Part shown: in pieces, positions 50,433-63,790 of the stretch
How the letters are laid out: the number at the start of each line of letters is the position of its first letter
Position numbering within the stretch: position 1 is the first letter of the stretch
NCBI RefSeq assembly: GCF_036321535.1
Contig: NC_087438.1
Coordinates: 4,280,001-4,344,000 of the forward strand
DNA length: 64,000 nucleotides
Source: Camelus dromedarius
Taxonomy: Eukaryota
Direction: 5' to 3'
Program-made: the position numbers and the translations under genes
The notes under the pieces: generated by a model
Database searches by the model: none
The model's input: only the letters and a program-made list of their open reading frames with translations
Told to the model about the DNA's origin: nothing

Positions 50433-51599
50433 TTGATGGAGATGTTCAGAGTGGAGAGAGCCGTAAACACCTGGTGAGAAATAACACTTTAAGTTTTTTC
50501 TTCACTCAACAGCAAGAGTGATGAACCAACTGAGAGGCCCCTCGGATACCTGGAAATCACAGCAGGGGATTCATGGTCTCATGAGGGCAGCCTGCATCCT
50601 TGGGTGGGGGCAGGAAAGGCGGGGAAGCTCCCGGGGCAGGAGAGAGGAGAGACGTCAGGGCTTGGAATTCGGGTCCCAGAACTCGGACCAGAACAGAATC
50701 TCCAGTACCAAGCAGAGGATCCTGGAACTCTGCCTACCCAGCCCAAGGCAACCTGGAGAAAGATTTTCACCAGGTCCCTTTGTTATTTTTAATTTATTGT
50801 GTGCCTTCTCCAGTTTCCATCCAACAATACACTACATGGTTGAAAAACTCAAAAAGTTCAGGAGGACTTACAAAGAGCAGCCGCCCCCCCCCCCCATGCT
50901 TCCCAACCCCCTCCCCGTTGCTTCCTCTCCCAGTGGCTACCGACATTGCTCTACGCAATGTGCTCATATGGGCACTACTTAATCTGCCCATTTAGGAATT
51001 GTATATTGACTTCACATTTTGACATAGGAGGGCTCAGCTTAATTACGCTCCACCGCTACTCCCAACAAGTCCATCCCCATTTCTAGTTTTCCTACGGGTC
51101 TTTTGTAACTTTGAGTACTGCCCTCTTATCTCTTAACCCCATCAGGTGTAAGCCATGCATCCCCACCCTCAAATGTGTAAGCTGCTAGCCCACGACCCCC
51201 TGAGCTCTTCATCTGTAGGATTGGTTCCGGGTGTTACAAAGCAGCCAACAGTGGTATCTTCCTAAGACTATGAAAGTGTGTCTATGCACAGCCAGAGAGT
51301 GTGATTTTATTTCTCTCATTATACTGTTTATTGTCTTTCCAATGCCTTTTAAAGAATTGCCTTCTTCACATCCTCCCCTCCCCGCCAACCTCTCCAGTAT
51401 CAGTTCTACTCAGTCAAGTCCTCCTTCCCCCAGAAAGGGCCTCTGGGAGCTCCCATCCTCACACTCCCAGCCAGGCTCTGTTTTCCAGACCACACGACCG
51501 TCACCTGGGAGCGCCGCTCCTGCTGTCTCCTGGACACCCCTCTTCCTCTTTCTTGCCTTGCTTGAGTACAAACTGAAGTGACTTTCGATGAAACAACAC

Positions 51600-52780
51600 T
51601 GGTAGATACAATGTCTGAATCCTCACACATCTACAGTGTTTTCATTCTGTCTTCATTCTTCAGACTTTTAATAGTTTGGCTGGGTAGGGAAATCTTGGTT
51701 CAAAGTCACTTCCCTTTAGAACTTGGAAGAACACTCCATCGTCTTTCAGCATCCACTGTGGATCATGAGAGGTCTTATTTCAAACCGATTCTAATTTCCA
51801 AAAAGAGCCTTTCTGTGTCCTTGGTTTTTTTGTTGTTGTTATTTTTGTCTTTTTTTTTATATGTTCATTTTATTTCATTTTGTTTATTAAAGTACAGTCA
51901 GTTATAATGTGTCAGTTTCTGGTGTACAGCATAATGTCCCAGTCACACATGTACATACATATATTCTTTTCATATTCTTTTTCATTAAAGGTTATTACAA
52001 GATATTGAATAAAGTTCAATATGTGCTGTACAGAAGAAATTTTTTTATCTTTTTATATATAGAAGTTAGTATTTGCAAATCTCAAACTCCCAAATTTATC
52101 CCTTCCTTCCCTCCCCCTGGTAACCATAAGGTTGTTGACTATGCCTATCAGTCTTTTTCTGTTTTGTAGATGAGTTCATTAGTATATTCTTTTTTTTCTT
52201 TTTTTTTTTTCAGGATTCCACATAAGAGTGATCTCATATGGTATTTTTCTTTCTTTTTCTGGCTTACTTTCACTTAGAATGATGATCTCCAGATTCATCC
52301 ATATTGCTACAGATGGCATTTTTTCTTCTTATGGCTGAGTAGTATTCCATGTATAAATACACCACAACTTTATCCAGTCATCCGTCAGTGGACATTCAGG
52401 TTGTTTCCACGTCTTGGCTGTTGTATGTAGTGATGAAATCCCTCAGGAATGTGTCTGGGCCTAGGTCTCATTCACAGCACTGAGAACTCAGGGGGCTGTT
52501 TCAATCTGAACATTTGTCCCTTAATTCTAGAAAGTTCTCAGTCTCTTTTTTGTATAATTCCTTCCACTCTGTTTTCTTTAACTTCCATTAATCACAGGTT
52601 GGACCTTATACATTTTTCCTCCAGGTCTCTTATTTTTTCTTCTATATATTCTGTTTCTTCTGCTGTTATTCTCTTGCCTGGAAGATTTTCTCTATTTCAT
52701 CTTCTGACCCTTCACTGATTTTTTTTTTTAATTCCAGCAATTATCTTTAATTCAACAGCTCTCTCTTACTCTGGGATTCC
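51600..52780 (-). mobile_element. Ancient L1/HAL1-like ORF1-region remnant hosting a younger L1
   Basis: aatagtttggctgggtagggaaatcttggtt..ttggaagaacactccatcgtctt..aatgtgtctggg..ttcaatctgaa motifs on both sides of the young insert. Confidence 0.5.
51825..52432 (-). mobile_element. Young artiodactyl L1 3' end
   Basis: T-rich tail, then gtacagtcagttataatgtgtcagtttctggtgtacagcat..gattccacataagagtgat..cttactttcacttagaatga..tatggctgagtagtattccat..gtggacattcaggttgtttccacgtcttggct. Confidence 0.88.
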
Positions 52781-55700
52781 TCCCTTTTCTTGTAGAACCC
52801 TTTCTTGCTTAGCAGAAGCAGGGTATTCGCTCCATTTGCTTCGGTCTACTTCTTTTCCTTTTTCTTTCCTCTCCTATTTGCATGGCTTGTAACACTGACA
52901 GGGCTTTTCTCCTTGGCTGGTGCCTGCTTGCCCATCCCCAGTGAAGTGCAAACCAGAGCTCAGCTGCCCATGGCTCTGTACACGTAGGTGGAGTGCCTGC
53001 ACTTGGCTTAGCTGGGGATGGTGGGGATCAACTGTTATACTGGGGACCCTAAATTTAAGAAGGGAAAGGTGCTGCTTGGGAAGCAAGTTCCCACAGCCAG
53101 CTACCTGAGTCCCCCAAGACGTTTCCCTGAATGTCTTTAGAAAGTAATTCCACTTCGGGGAAGGGAGATGGATGAGTTTATGGAGATTGCTTGTGTTTAC
53201 TGTTGTTATTATTGCTGTTTTTCTGGAAAATAAAATCCTGGGAAGGAGATGGTCTTCCTGCGAGACGGAGGAGTGTTTGATCTTTAGAAAAAAAGTACAG
53301 CACATCCAACCATATCAAAAATCCCTTAGCGTAAGGGACAAGGGAATCAAATCAGATTATTTCTGTGAAGCCAAAAAATCGGTGGAATCAAGTCCCAAGT
53401 GAAAACTGGTCTGGCCTTCTTGGTCAGGTTTCATAGAAGGCAAAGTTTCTGTGACATCCCTGATGAGAACGAACCACAGTGTGAAGATTTGGACCCAGCT
53501 GAGACAGAACTCTTCCCTCATGTCAAAATGGGGATGTGGTCTGTTCTCAGATGTAGGCTTCTGCCTCCCGTGGCTTTCCTATGCTTCTCTATAGCCACAC
53601 GCCTCAAATTGTGTATGAAACCAGATAGCTTTTCTTGCTAGTTGATGAATCTTAAAGTCGGAAATGCCTTAGTCATCACTTAGTTTAAGATCTAATTTTA
53701 GAGACAAAGAAACCAAAGCCCAAGGAACTTTTTAAGATGAAATAACAAAGGGCACACAAGCAGCCGGTGGGGACAATAGAAGGAGGCACATGGGGTTGGA
53801 GTGAGAAGACCTGGGTTGGCTCCAGGTTTGCTAGTCTGCATTGGCCGACACATTGGCTGGGATATTTTTCTTGTTGGTTAACATGTGAACATGAGTCCTG
53901 GTAGCAGAAATTTGGGGTGTTCTAAACCCCAACAGACCCTGCAAAATATCAAAATTATCTGAGAAATGTAAGATTAGTATTCCAGATGGCCCTTCAAAGG
54001 ACAGGGAAGACACACTGGTCACCTTTGCTTGAATTCATCCTAACCATTGTTGTCTGAATGTGTCGGTGAATTTTCAGAAACCAAATAGTCCTGCAATATT
54101 CTTCACGGAGCTCTCAGAGCCAGCCGAGAAGGGTCTGAAGTGGGTCAGGGATCTGAAAAATCATTATGTGTTAAGATTTCTAAGAGAACTTAGTGATGAT
54201 CCGTTCTGATGCCTTCATTTCACGGGTGGAGAACAGAATATATAAGTAACTTGACCACATAAACACAGCAAGTTAAACAGCAGAGGCTGGAAGAACCAGG
54301 GACTTTTCCACTCATCTGCCACATCACCAGCAGAATGCAATCCCATGGGCTGCAAGCCATGAGAACAGAGCTGTGTGGATAAATTCTGACACGTTCCCCA
54401 AGTCTGTTCATTTCAGAGACACATGGACCATTATAAAAGGCAGGGGAATGTCAACGGTCAAGATAACCTCTGGGTGGTTAACTTTATATGGGAGACATGT
54501 GGCTGGATCCTAATGAATGATTTTTAGTATTATTTAGCATTTATTTAGTATATTGTAGTATTTAGTACTCTACAGTATATTTCCATGGGCATTTGTTCCA
54601 CTAATAACTTTAAATTCTTGTTAATTTCTAAATAAACGTTCCTCGGGATACAGAATCGCAATGGTAAGTATTTGTTTGCCAGACCAATTGGCACACACAG
54701 AAGGCCCTCCTTCCATCCATCCGGACCCTCCCCACTGTCCCAGTTTGACACAGGTGGTTCCAGGGCAGGACTGAGTTCGCTGAGAGTGATGGTAAGAGCT
54801 GCTGCTGCTGCTGCCAGTCCTCCGACTGTCCTGTCCGATTTATTTCTGCACAGCATCCTTAGGAAACAGCTGGATACGGTCGAACTCTGAGAGGGAAATT
54901 CCAAGAGATAAGAAAAGGAGCTTTGAGAATAACAGGGTTTGGGGTGGAGGTGGGGGTCCAGACCATCCAAGAGGCTATTTCTGAGGCCAGCAGAGGCCTG
55001 CTTCTCCCAGTACAAGTCGTGAACACGTCACCGCCGCTGCTGTCTGCGCTGCAACACTCACCGCACCCTCGCTGGCGGCCTCACTGGGTCACCTGTCCTC
55101 TGCACTTCAGCTTCTCATTTTCGAAATGAGTCTCTGGGGTGAAGACCCAGGGTGGCCCCACCACCATTTTTCTCTGTCACAGATAAAAATTTTTTTTTCT
55201 CCATGGAATTTAGTTTGAACACAAGACATTTAAAATGTCCTCTCTGCTCTAGCAGCTGAGTTTTTAACTGAAGCCTGTGGAATTTTTTTTTAAACTCATT
55301 TCAGGTCTCACAAAGGTTAAAATTTCAGCACGTCTTGGTGAGACATGCAGTAACAATGTTTTAGGAGCAGTAATGTTAACTTCAGCCTTTGTACAGCCCA
55401 GGGTCCTATTTTATCTTGAATCGTGATGTTGACATTGAATTATAAACACCAGAAGTATGAATACACGTGTCCGGTTATATAACACAGCTGGATAATCTTG
55501 TTTAAATAAGTAAGTGCAATTAAAAACCTCCGGCACGATCCACGGACACCCCTGTCAGTGCTTTGAAATTGACATGGTGACTTACTTTGGCGGCACAAGC
55601 ACTGGAGAGCAGGGAATCTTGGTAATAAATCTGACTCCTCCTGGGCTGAATCCCGGTCAATAGATGGCCCACCTCAGTCGTCCTCAAGGTAGATAGTGTG

Positions 55701-56090
55701 ATGGCTGAGTTACAGAAATACAAGGACATGACTCATTAACAACGCCTGCTCCCAGGGTTGGGCGTCCTCCCCTGAAGGTCACATAGCTCTGGTCACCTCA
55801 CTTCGCAGCAAGGACACTACCAAAGAGGCAGTCTGGTCTCTGGCCTCCTGCCCCCTCACGATTCCAGGGGCCCCAGGAATGCCCATTCCAAGGCAAAAGC
55901 TCCCCTGGAAAAACACAGGTAAAACCAAAGCCAGCTGCTCTGTGGGCAGTGACCTGATTCAACGTGACGCCCAATGGGCAAGGTCAGGCAGAAGCCAGTG
56001 GTGAGAGCAGAGCTGTGGCCTCCGTTCTTACTCTGCCTCTTGTAACTCTCTCCACCTTAATTTATTCTGTATTTAAAGGAGGAAATAGGA

Positions 56091-56207
56091 AAAAAATATG
56101 AAAACGAATATATGTGTATTTGTGTATGACTGGGACATTGTGCTGTACACCAGAGACTGGCACTTTGTAATGACTGTACTTCAGTTTTTAAAAATGTGCA
56201 CAAAATA
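56091..56207 (+). mobile_element. ~117-bp L1 3'-end insertion with perfect TSD
   Basis: atatgaaaacgaatatatg..gactgggacattgtgctgtacaccagaga..gactgtacttca; perfect 16-bp repeat aaaggaggaaatagga at 56075-56090 and 56208-56223. Confidence 0.85.
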
Positions 56208-57914
56208 AAAGGAGGAAATAGGATCCAAACAGAAAAGAATATTTATTTCCATATCAGCCCAGAAGACTCTTGGGAATGAGCCAGTGGTCATAGGGAGAAA
56301 GGTATGTGGTTTTGGGTGAAGGATGAATACGATTCCAAACACAGGTCTCCTGCGCTCCCACGCACGGCCTGCCAGCCAGGGAGCCCGGTGCGGCCCCGCA
56401 CCCTCTGCCCACAGCATCGCAGGGCCGCCAGCCACTCTGCTCAAAGGCTTCCAGGACAAAGCGAGGATGTGCTGGGGACAGCAGCAGAGGAACGTGTCAG
56501 CTCCTTGATTGAGTGGGACAAGGTCATAATAAAGGGACCCTAGAGATGAAATAAGTAAGCCCTCAGACCCTCGAACTTCAGACACTGGGCAGGTCTTCCT
56601 GAGAAGTTCACTTCTCCTCCCGCATCCAGGGGTCCCTTCGAGGATCTCACACGGCCATGTCTAGAAGAGATCCTTCTCAATGTTCCAGTTCCAGAGCCAC
56701 CTGACTTGAGAAAAACATCAGGCCCGACCAGCAGGACAGATCAACCCGGCGTGAACACAGCCACCATGGGGGTTTCTTTATGATCATGGTGGGACCATGG
56801 GACGCCCACGACATCACCATCAGCTGAAGGCACAAATCCTGCCTCCTCCCTTGGGTCATCACCACCTGGCCACAAGTCCTGGGCTGACCTTCCCACTTAA
56901 TTGCCAACCTTGCTGCCTTTTTGCCTCCAAGAGAGAAAGGGCACGGCCAAGACCATGTGGATCCCGTGGGGGTAAAAAGGGCTTCCTCGCCTGTGCAGAG
57001 ATTCAATAATAAGCCAATATCATGAGTAAAAGCTGCTGTATTGAAGGATTTTAAATCAGAGAAATAAAACCCTAAGCTCCCTGGGCAGAGGTCCATTAGT
57101 AACTTCCAGACCCCAGTCCATTTTTTTTTGTTGTTGTTGTTTTGAGAACACTGATGATACCCCCATGCAAAAACCTAATAGGGAAAAATGCACCTAAAAA
57201 GATTGGGTTCTCAGCGAGATTGTTCACAGCACGGATAACCGAAATGATTGATAAAGACACAAAGTCGAGCTGAACTGTCACACCCTCGCCCCCAGACACG
57301 GATAGTCTTTAAAGACAGAAGGCTCTGTTAGCAAGTGCTCTCAAGAGTAAATGATTTCTACAAGCAGGGGTTTGACACCTAAGAGGAGTTTAACAATAGT
57401 CGGTGACAGGTAAGTTTGAATGTGCAGAATTGGGAAAGATAACATTTCTCCACTGTTTCTTTAATTATAGCTTTGAAAGAGGAGGTTGTCAGTTCCACCC
57501 TCATTCAGGAAACTGTCTTGTGACATCTCCGTTAATTACGACTGTCTGTGTGTTGTCAGGGAGGCTCCCAGTTTCCCAGCCCTGCCATAGATCTCACGCT
57601 GGGGCAGAACCTTACGCCATGGGGTTGTCAGTGCAGTTCTCCAAAAGAGGGTGAGGTCGGTGGGCCATCCGCTTGGACTCCCACAGCCCTGCTCTTGCCT
57701 TTGACAAGAGCACGGCCACGGTGTGTCCATAGCACAAGCCCGCCGGGAACCAAGTACCAACATCTGTCGTGGCCATTTAGATCTTTGAACAAGAACTGAT
57801 GCTTGAGCCACTGCTGTTTTTATCACCTGTTGTCTGCTAAGGGATAAGTTCGGGGAACATCTGGACCCAGCACTCATAAAAGCTTTGCTCAGGAAGGATG
57901 TCAAAAGATCCATG

Positions 57915-59322
57915 TAAATACTCCCCCCTCCAATAGGTGGAGCCTAACATTACGCCTGCCCCACCTAAGTGTGGGCTCGACTCCATAACTTGATTCCAAA
58001 AGACAGAGCATGGAAATGGGAGAGAATTACAGTAGCCAAAGCTGGCAGACTCCACTCCAAAAGGCCAAGGTTATTATCATGCCCAGGGATGCCACGTCCT
58101 CATCAGGTGCTCCGACGCCATGCAGTGCCGGGGACCTGCGCCTTTCTAGTAAACTTTCCCCCAAAATTCCCTGTACAAACATGAGGAAAACCTCCAAGAA
58201 GCCAAACTGAGGGACATTCTACGAAACACCTGAGCAGCATTCCTCAGAACTGTGCAGGTCACCACCAATAACAAGGAAAGACTGAGAATCCATCAGAGAC
58301 TGGAGAAACCTGAGGAGACACAGCAGCTAAATGCAGTGTGCACCCCTGGCTGGGATCCTGGACCAAAAAAGGGCATGAGTGGGGAAACTAGAAAAGCCAG
58401 CATCTGAGGTCTGTTAATAGTCACGCAGCAGCATTGGCCTTAGTCCTTGCAGTGGCACCATGGTCATGCAGGGTGCGGACATCCAGGGACACTAGGGAAA
58501 GCGTACATGGGAACCTGGCTGGGGCCAGGCATAGGTGGGCAAGGCACCTGGGTGCAAATTTAGGGAGGCACCCACGCTCTTACCCAGCCAAGCTTGGGTC
58601 TGCTTGTCCTGTGCAATAAAGACAATCTACTGACTCTGGGTTGTGATGAAGGAAAGTGCAGCATTTATTGCAGGGCACCAAGCAAGGAGTCCAGGCAGCT
58701 GGTGCTTCAAAGACCTGAACTCCTTGAAGGCTTTCAGGGAAAGGTTTTTGAAACAGTGAAGGGGAGGGCTTTGGGGTGTGTGATCAGCTCGTGGACATTC
58801 TTCTGATTGGCTGGTGGTGAGGTCATCGGGAGTCAACATCATCAACCTCCTGGTTCCAACCTATCTGGGGTCTCCGTGCTTGTGGGCAGCGCACAGTTAA
58901 CATCTTCTAGTGGGAATTTCAGTGTCTGCAAAACAGCTCAAAGCATATGGCTCAGAATATTATCTATAGCCCTTGAGGAAAAACCAAAAGTCCTTGACTT
59001 TGTTTAATGGCTAAACTATTATTATTTTGTCTTGCTTGACTGTTTTCGTTTCTTTCTGCATTTTTTTTTCAAGTCTCTGATTAAATGTACTCTTTGGAAC
59101 TCAGGGAAGCCTAGGAGACTAAAGTTTTTCTGCAGACAAGAGGCAGGTGGGGCGGGGCTGGGGAGTCAGTTCCAGGAAGGCTTCATCCCGTCCTGCTTGG
59201 TTACAGCTCTCAGGGTCTTGCACATACCATGTGTGACCCCGTGTAGAAACACTCTGTGCTATCTTTGCAACTTTTCTATAAACCTAGAATTACTCCAAAA
59301 TAAAAAGTTTATGAAAAAAAAA
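57915..59322 (+). mobile_element. Old L1MC/MD-type 3' UTR interrupted by nested elements
   Basis: ccaaactgagggacattctac, aaggaaagactgagaa, ctaaatgca..tgggatcctgga; resumes at ~59243 with ctctgtgctatctttgcaacttttct..ccaaaataaaaagtt and poly(A). Confidence 0.75.
58580..59205 (-). mobile_element. Cetartiodactyl ERV1-class solo LTR (~626 bp) with 4-bp TSD
   Basis: Minus strand begins tgtaaccaagcaggac; CCAAT at 58806-58810 and AATAAA at 58664-58669 in LTR order; gctc duplicated at 58576-58579 and 59206-59209. Confidence 0.85.
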
Positions 59323-61511
59323 GGCCCTGTTTGGACTCCTTCAGTATCCCTGTTAGAACATGGGACACAAATGTTCTTGGCAAGGGAAAGGGGGAATCTG
59401 GCACAGTGACCAGCTGGAGTCCACTCCAAGCCAAGCCTGTGTGGGCAGGGCTCAGCCTACGACACCTGCCATGCAGGTACCAGCAGACAGTGACACTAGG
59501 CAGTCCCAGAAACCCATAATAGTCAAGCAGGAGCTCCCCACCTAGGTATCCATGTTTAACAATACCCCAAAACACCTTAACTCAGAGCTTTATAAACCCA
59601 GAGAATCTGTTGAGGATGTTGGTCTACATGCCATTGGAAGTGTATTAACGGGCGATGCTTAGAGCTCATAACCAACGGCCATGATGCACTGTGGATTCTG
59701 ATGCGAGTCCTCAAAGAATTACCCAGAGCCCGAGATCAGGATGGACAGCATCCTGCTGGGTCCAGACTTGTGAGCTCTGTGTCACTCTGGTCGCACAGAG
59801 TCCGGACTGCTCAGTGGCACCCTGTGCCTGGGGAACATGGGCACTTTCAGCCTGCTTTGCTTAGGAACCAGGATGAGGAACACACGGCATTACAAGTCTC
59901 TCTCCCACCTTCTATGTCCTTGGTCCCTCTGAAAGGACGATATTTTCATCAGCTTTATCCTTGATAGTTGAAACCAGGCGTGAGGTGGGAAGGAGAGAGG
60001 GAGGGAAGGAGGAGATTTAAATTCTTTCAGGGAGGAGAATCACTTCCTACTTGAACTGAGAGCTAAAAAAAGTTCTCCCATTTGTGCAGTGCCACGTAAC
60101 TTCCGGTGCCACGCCACAAAACACCCACGCGGAACACTCACATGCCAGACCCTCCTCCTCCACTGCCCAGCACCAGGGGAGAGCTGCGGGGAGTGGACCG
60201 CCCCCGGAAGCGGCCGATGCTGATGTGGACGTGCATACAACAATGACCAAATAAGCATTTTTTAAATTGACAAGGTGAAAAAAATTTAGGATTGGGGAAT
60301 CTTGCCAGAGGAAGAGCTGAATGTCAGTGAGGAGAAAAAACACTGAATAAACCCAAAATATGTTTTAAGGAAACCCTGAAATGTCTTCTGCATAATATTA
60401 TCTCCCTCCGCTAGAACTGCCAATTTTTCAGTTTTTTCACTATTTTTATTTTCTTGAGGAATGATCATTTTTATAAATAGCTTTCTGAATGTCAAAGCCA
60501 CCGTTGAATAATTTCTCTCTCCTTCTTATCCTGAATTACTTAATCTTTGCTGAATTTTTTGGGCATGTCTAAAGGGTTGGGGGGAAGGAGTCACTGATGG
60601 CTGGAGGTGGTCATCTCTTCTGTGTCCTGTTGGCTTTGGCCATTCCACAGTCACAGCCCTTAACCAAGGTCAGGTAAGACTGATCGAAACCACCAAGGAG
60701 CCACTACCCAGGGGCCACGGGAGTGCTTCTTCTGTAGCCACAGTACGACTGTGACTCCGTTCCTCAAGCAGTGGAGACACTGCCCCTACATCTGTCCACT
60801 GAGATGATCTGGGATCCTTTGCTGGGGCTGCAGAAGCAGCCTGCAGCCAGGAGGAAGACCAAGAGATTTAGCTCGACCTACAAGGTGGTTCTGCAAGGGC
60901 ATGCCCACCGCATCAGCGTCACCTGGGACAGAGAGCGAGATGCACCGGCTGAATCAGGAACTTGGGTGGGGGAGGGGCAGTGACCGTGAGTAAACGCACC
61001 CTCGGGGGTCACTCGGTTGCACCCTGAAGGATGAGGACCCCTCGTCTACAACCCTGGTTCTCAAACCTGACTGTACATTTGAAAAAACCAAAACGGGCAT
61101 CTCTGTGGAGTCCACGGTCCACTGACATGAGTCATGGTGCGAACACTGGGGTTTTCTTCGGGTGGTTCTGATAGGCAGCAACGCTGGGGGACTGCTGGTC
61201 AGTGAGCCCAGGCCCTGCCCTGCCTCACACGCCCGTGGAAGCCTGCAGTGTCTTCCAGGCCCACGACACCCATTTTCCTCCGAAGGCTGTTCTAGAACAG
61301 GGTATAGTGTTCTGCTTGCACAGTAAACCGTCAGAGGAGGTCTCAGAGATTTTCACTGAATCGTTTTTACATGTTTCAAATGATCCTTCCTCAGGTAATT
61401 CTATTGTGCAACCATGGTTAAGAATCAAGGGTTGAGAATCCATGACCTCATCTCCTCGGGGTGGGATTTCTCCTCTCCCAGCCAGACTTTGCGTTATCTC
61501 AGAAAGGGGCT

Positions 61512-62252
61512 TGGGTGGGGTGATCCTCTGATTTATAAGCAATATATACTCAGTCTTTGCCCCTGGTTCAGCACAGAGATCCTAAAAACCTTGGAATTTC
61601 CTGCATCTTGTGTTATGTTAATGAGGTAACTTTTGGAAATTACCTAAGATGAAGGCTGGTTGCCAGGGGCCTCAACCTTGCGTTTTAAAGTGATGGAACT
61701 TCTAGTCACACCCCCAACCCCTGGGGAGCAGAGGGGGCCAGAGACTAAATGATTTCATCCATCATTCCTATGTAGTGAAGCCTCTATTAAAAACCCAAAA
61801 TGGCTGGGTTGGAAGAGCTTCTGTGTCGGTAAACCTGTGAAGATGCAGGGAAAGGGGCGGGCTCAGAGGACAGGGATGCCCCAAGCCCCTCCCCTACACC
61901 CTGAACATGTCTTCCATCTGGCTCTGCCTGAGTTACAGTCTGTTCTAATAAACCGGTGATGTAAGGCAAATGTTTCTTTGAGTTCTGTGAGCCACTCTAG
62001 CAAATCAATCAAACCCAACAGAGGGGGCGGGGGTCACTGGAACCTCCAATCGATAGCCAGTAGGTCAGAAGCACAGGTGATCCACATCTCAAGGGACAGG
62101 GGGTGGGGGTGTCGGTCTTGTAGGACTAAGCCCTTAACCCGTGGCATCTGACGCTGCCTCCAGGTAGACAGCTCTGCAGTCAAATCGAATTGCAGGACAC
62201 CAAGCTGGTGATGCAGAACTCCTTGGTAGTGCAGGGCGCTCCGCACATTAGA
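61512..62252 (+). mobile_element. MER21-like LTR
   Basis: cctggttc.gcacagagatcctaaaaaccttggaatttcctg, ggctggttgccag, tgagttctgtgagccactctagcaaat, tagccagtaggtcagaagcacaggtga, ccaggtagacag..gaattgcaggacacc.agctggtg. Confidence 0.8.
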
Positions 62253-63404
62253 AGGAGACAATTGTCAGGTGGGAACTCCCACCAGGACACACCGGGTAAA
62301 AGTACCGTTTACTCTTCATAGTATTTTGAGATGGTCTGGGTCTCAGTTTTTCACAAACCACTCCTCTTGAGGGACATTTTAGATGAGCTTTGGGTTCCTG
62401 CACCTGTCCTGGAACCCTGGGTCATAGAAAACCAAGGACCCCTGTGAGATCATCTCCTGGGACATCAGCCTTCTGGGCTACCCCTCCTGCAAAACCCTTT
62501 CATTCGTGGCATCCTTTCTTCTATAAGGAGAGGAGAAAGGTTCATCTCTTCTCCTTTAATGATCCCTATTTGTGTTCATGGGTATCCTTAATTAGGGCAA
62601 TTTTATTAAGATCCTTTAAATAAATAATCTCAAATTTCATTTGAACATAACCATTTCACTGTAATTGAAGTGCCCTGGTAGATGTGAATCGCCTAGAGGA
62701 AATCAAGGCCCCATTTAAATTTCTAAAACAAGTGTGCAAATTCCTACTTAAAAGCATCTCTGCTCAAGTGTCACTTCCTCCAGGAAGCCCTCTCTGAGCT
62801 CCCCCAAAGTACTCAAAGCTCCCGGTCAAAGGCCTCCTGACTTTGTAGACCTTTCTCCCTGTCACTCAGCATCCGAAGCCATGGATCCCCAGGCGACTGA
62901 CTCCTCTGTCAGGTGGGAGGTTCTCTCTTGCTTCCCTGGGGCTTGGCCCAGTGACTGGCAGAGGCGTCAAGGAAACAGAGAGCTCCTCCTCCTACTCCAA
63001 GAGTGTGTATTCTTCCTCCCATCTCGGCAGCCTCCTGCTCCAAATGAGCAAGGTGCACTGCACACGAAATCAGGAGGGATGCGGGAAATTCATCACCTGT
63101 CAGAGAAGCACAAAACCAGGAGCCGGAGGGATGCGGGCACTTCGGGAGGGCCGGCAGCGCAGCCAGCAGAGCCACTCTGTTCGGGTTCAGTCCATTTTGG
63201 GTTGCGATCGCTCGAGATGATCAACCACAAAGCAGGGGACATGCCACAATGTGGGAGGTCAGAAAGCACCCCAAGACATTAATAAATGCTACCATGGGGT
63301 GGTGGGCACCCAAAAGAGCAGACCTTATTTAAAGCTCTTTCTCTGGATTCCCTGTGATTGATTGTATCCTGGAAACTTCTGGACAGAATGACAATCTCAG
63401 CACC

Positions 63405-63790
63405 TGTCCTGGACTGACTTGTATCCCCCAAAACTCATAGGTTGAAGACCCAGCTGCCTGATGTGACTGTATTCGGAGGCGGGGCCTTTAAGGAGGTGAT
63501 TAGGGTTAAATGAGGTCATAAAGGTTGGGTCCTAATTCAGTGGGACTGGTGTCCTCACTAAAAGAAAAGAGACACCAGAGATCTCTCTCTCTGAGCACAC
63601 ACAGAAAAGGCCTTGTGAGGATGCGGCGAGGACATGACCACCTCAGGCTAAGGCACGCGGTCTCACCAACGCTCACGGTCAAACTTGACCTCGACCTCCG
63701 ACTTCCAGCCTCCAGGACTGTGAGCAAATAAATTTCTGTGGTTTCAGCTGCCTTGTCTGTGTTTTTCTGCAGCCTGAGCAAATGAATATA
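63405..63790 (+). mobile_element. MaLR solo LTR, MLT1A-like
   Basis: cccccaaaactcataggttgaag..ggggcctttaaggaggtgattagggttaaatgaggtcata..gacttccagcctccaggactgtgagcaaataaatttctg. Confidence 0.88.
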
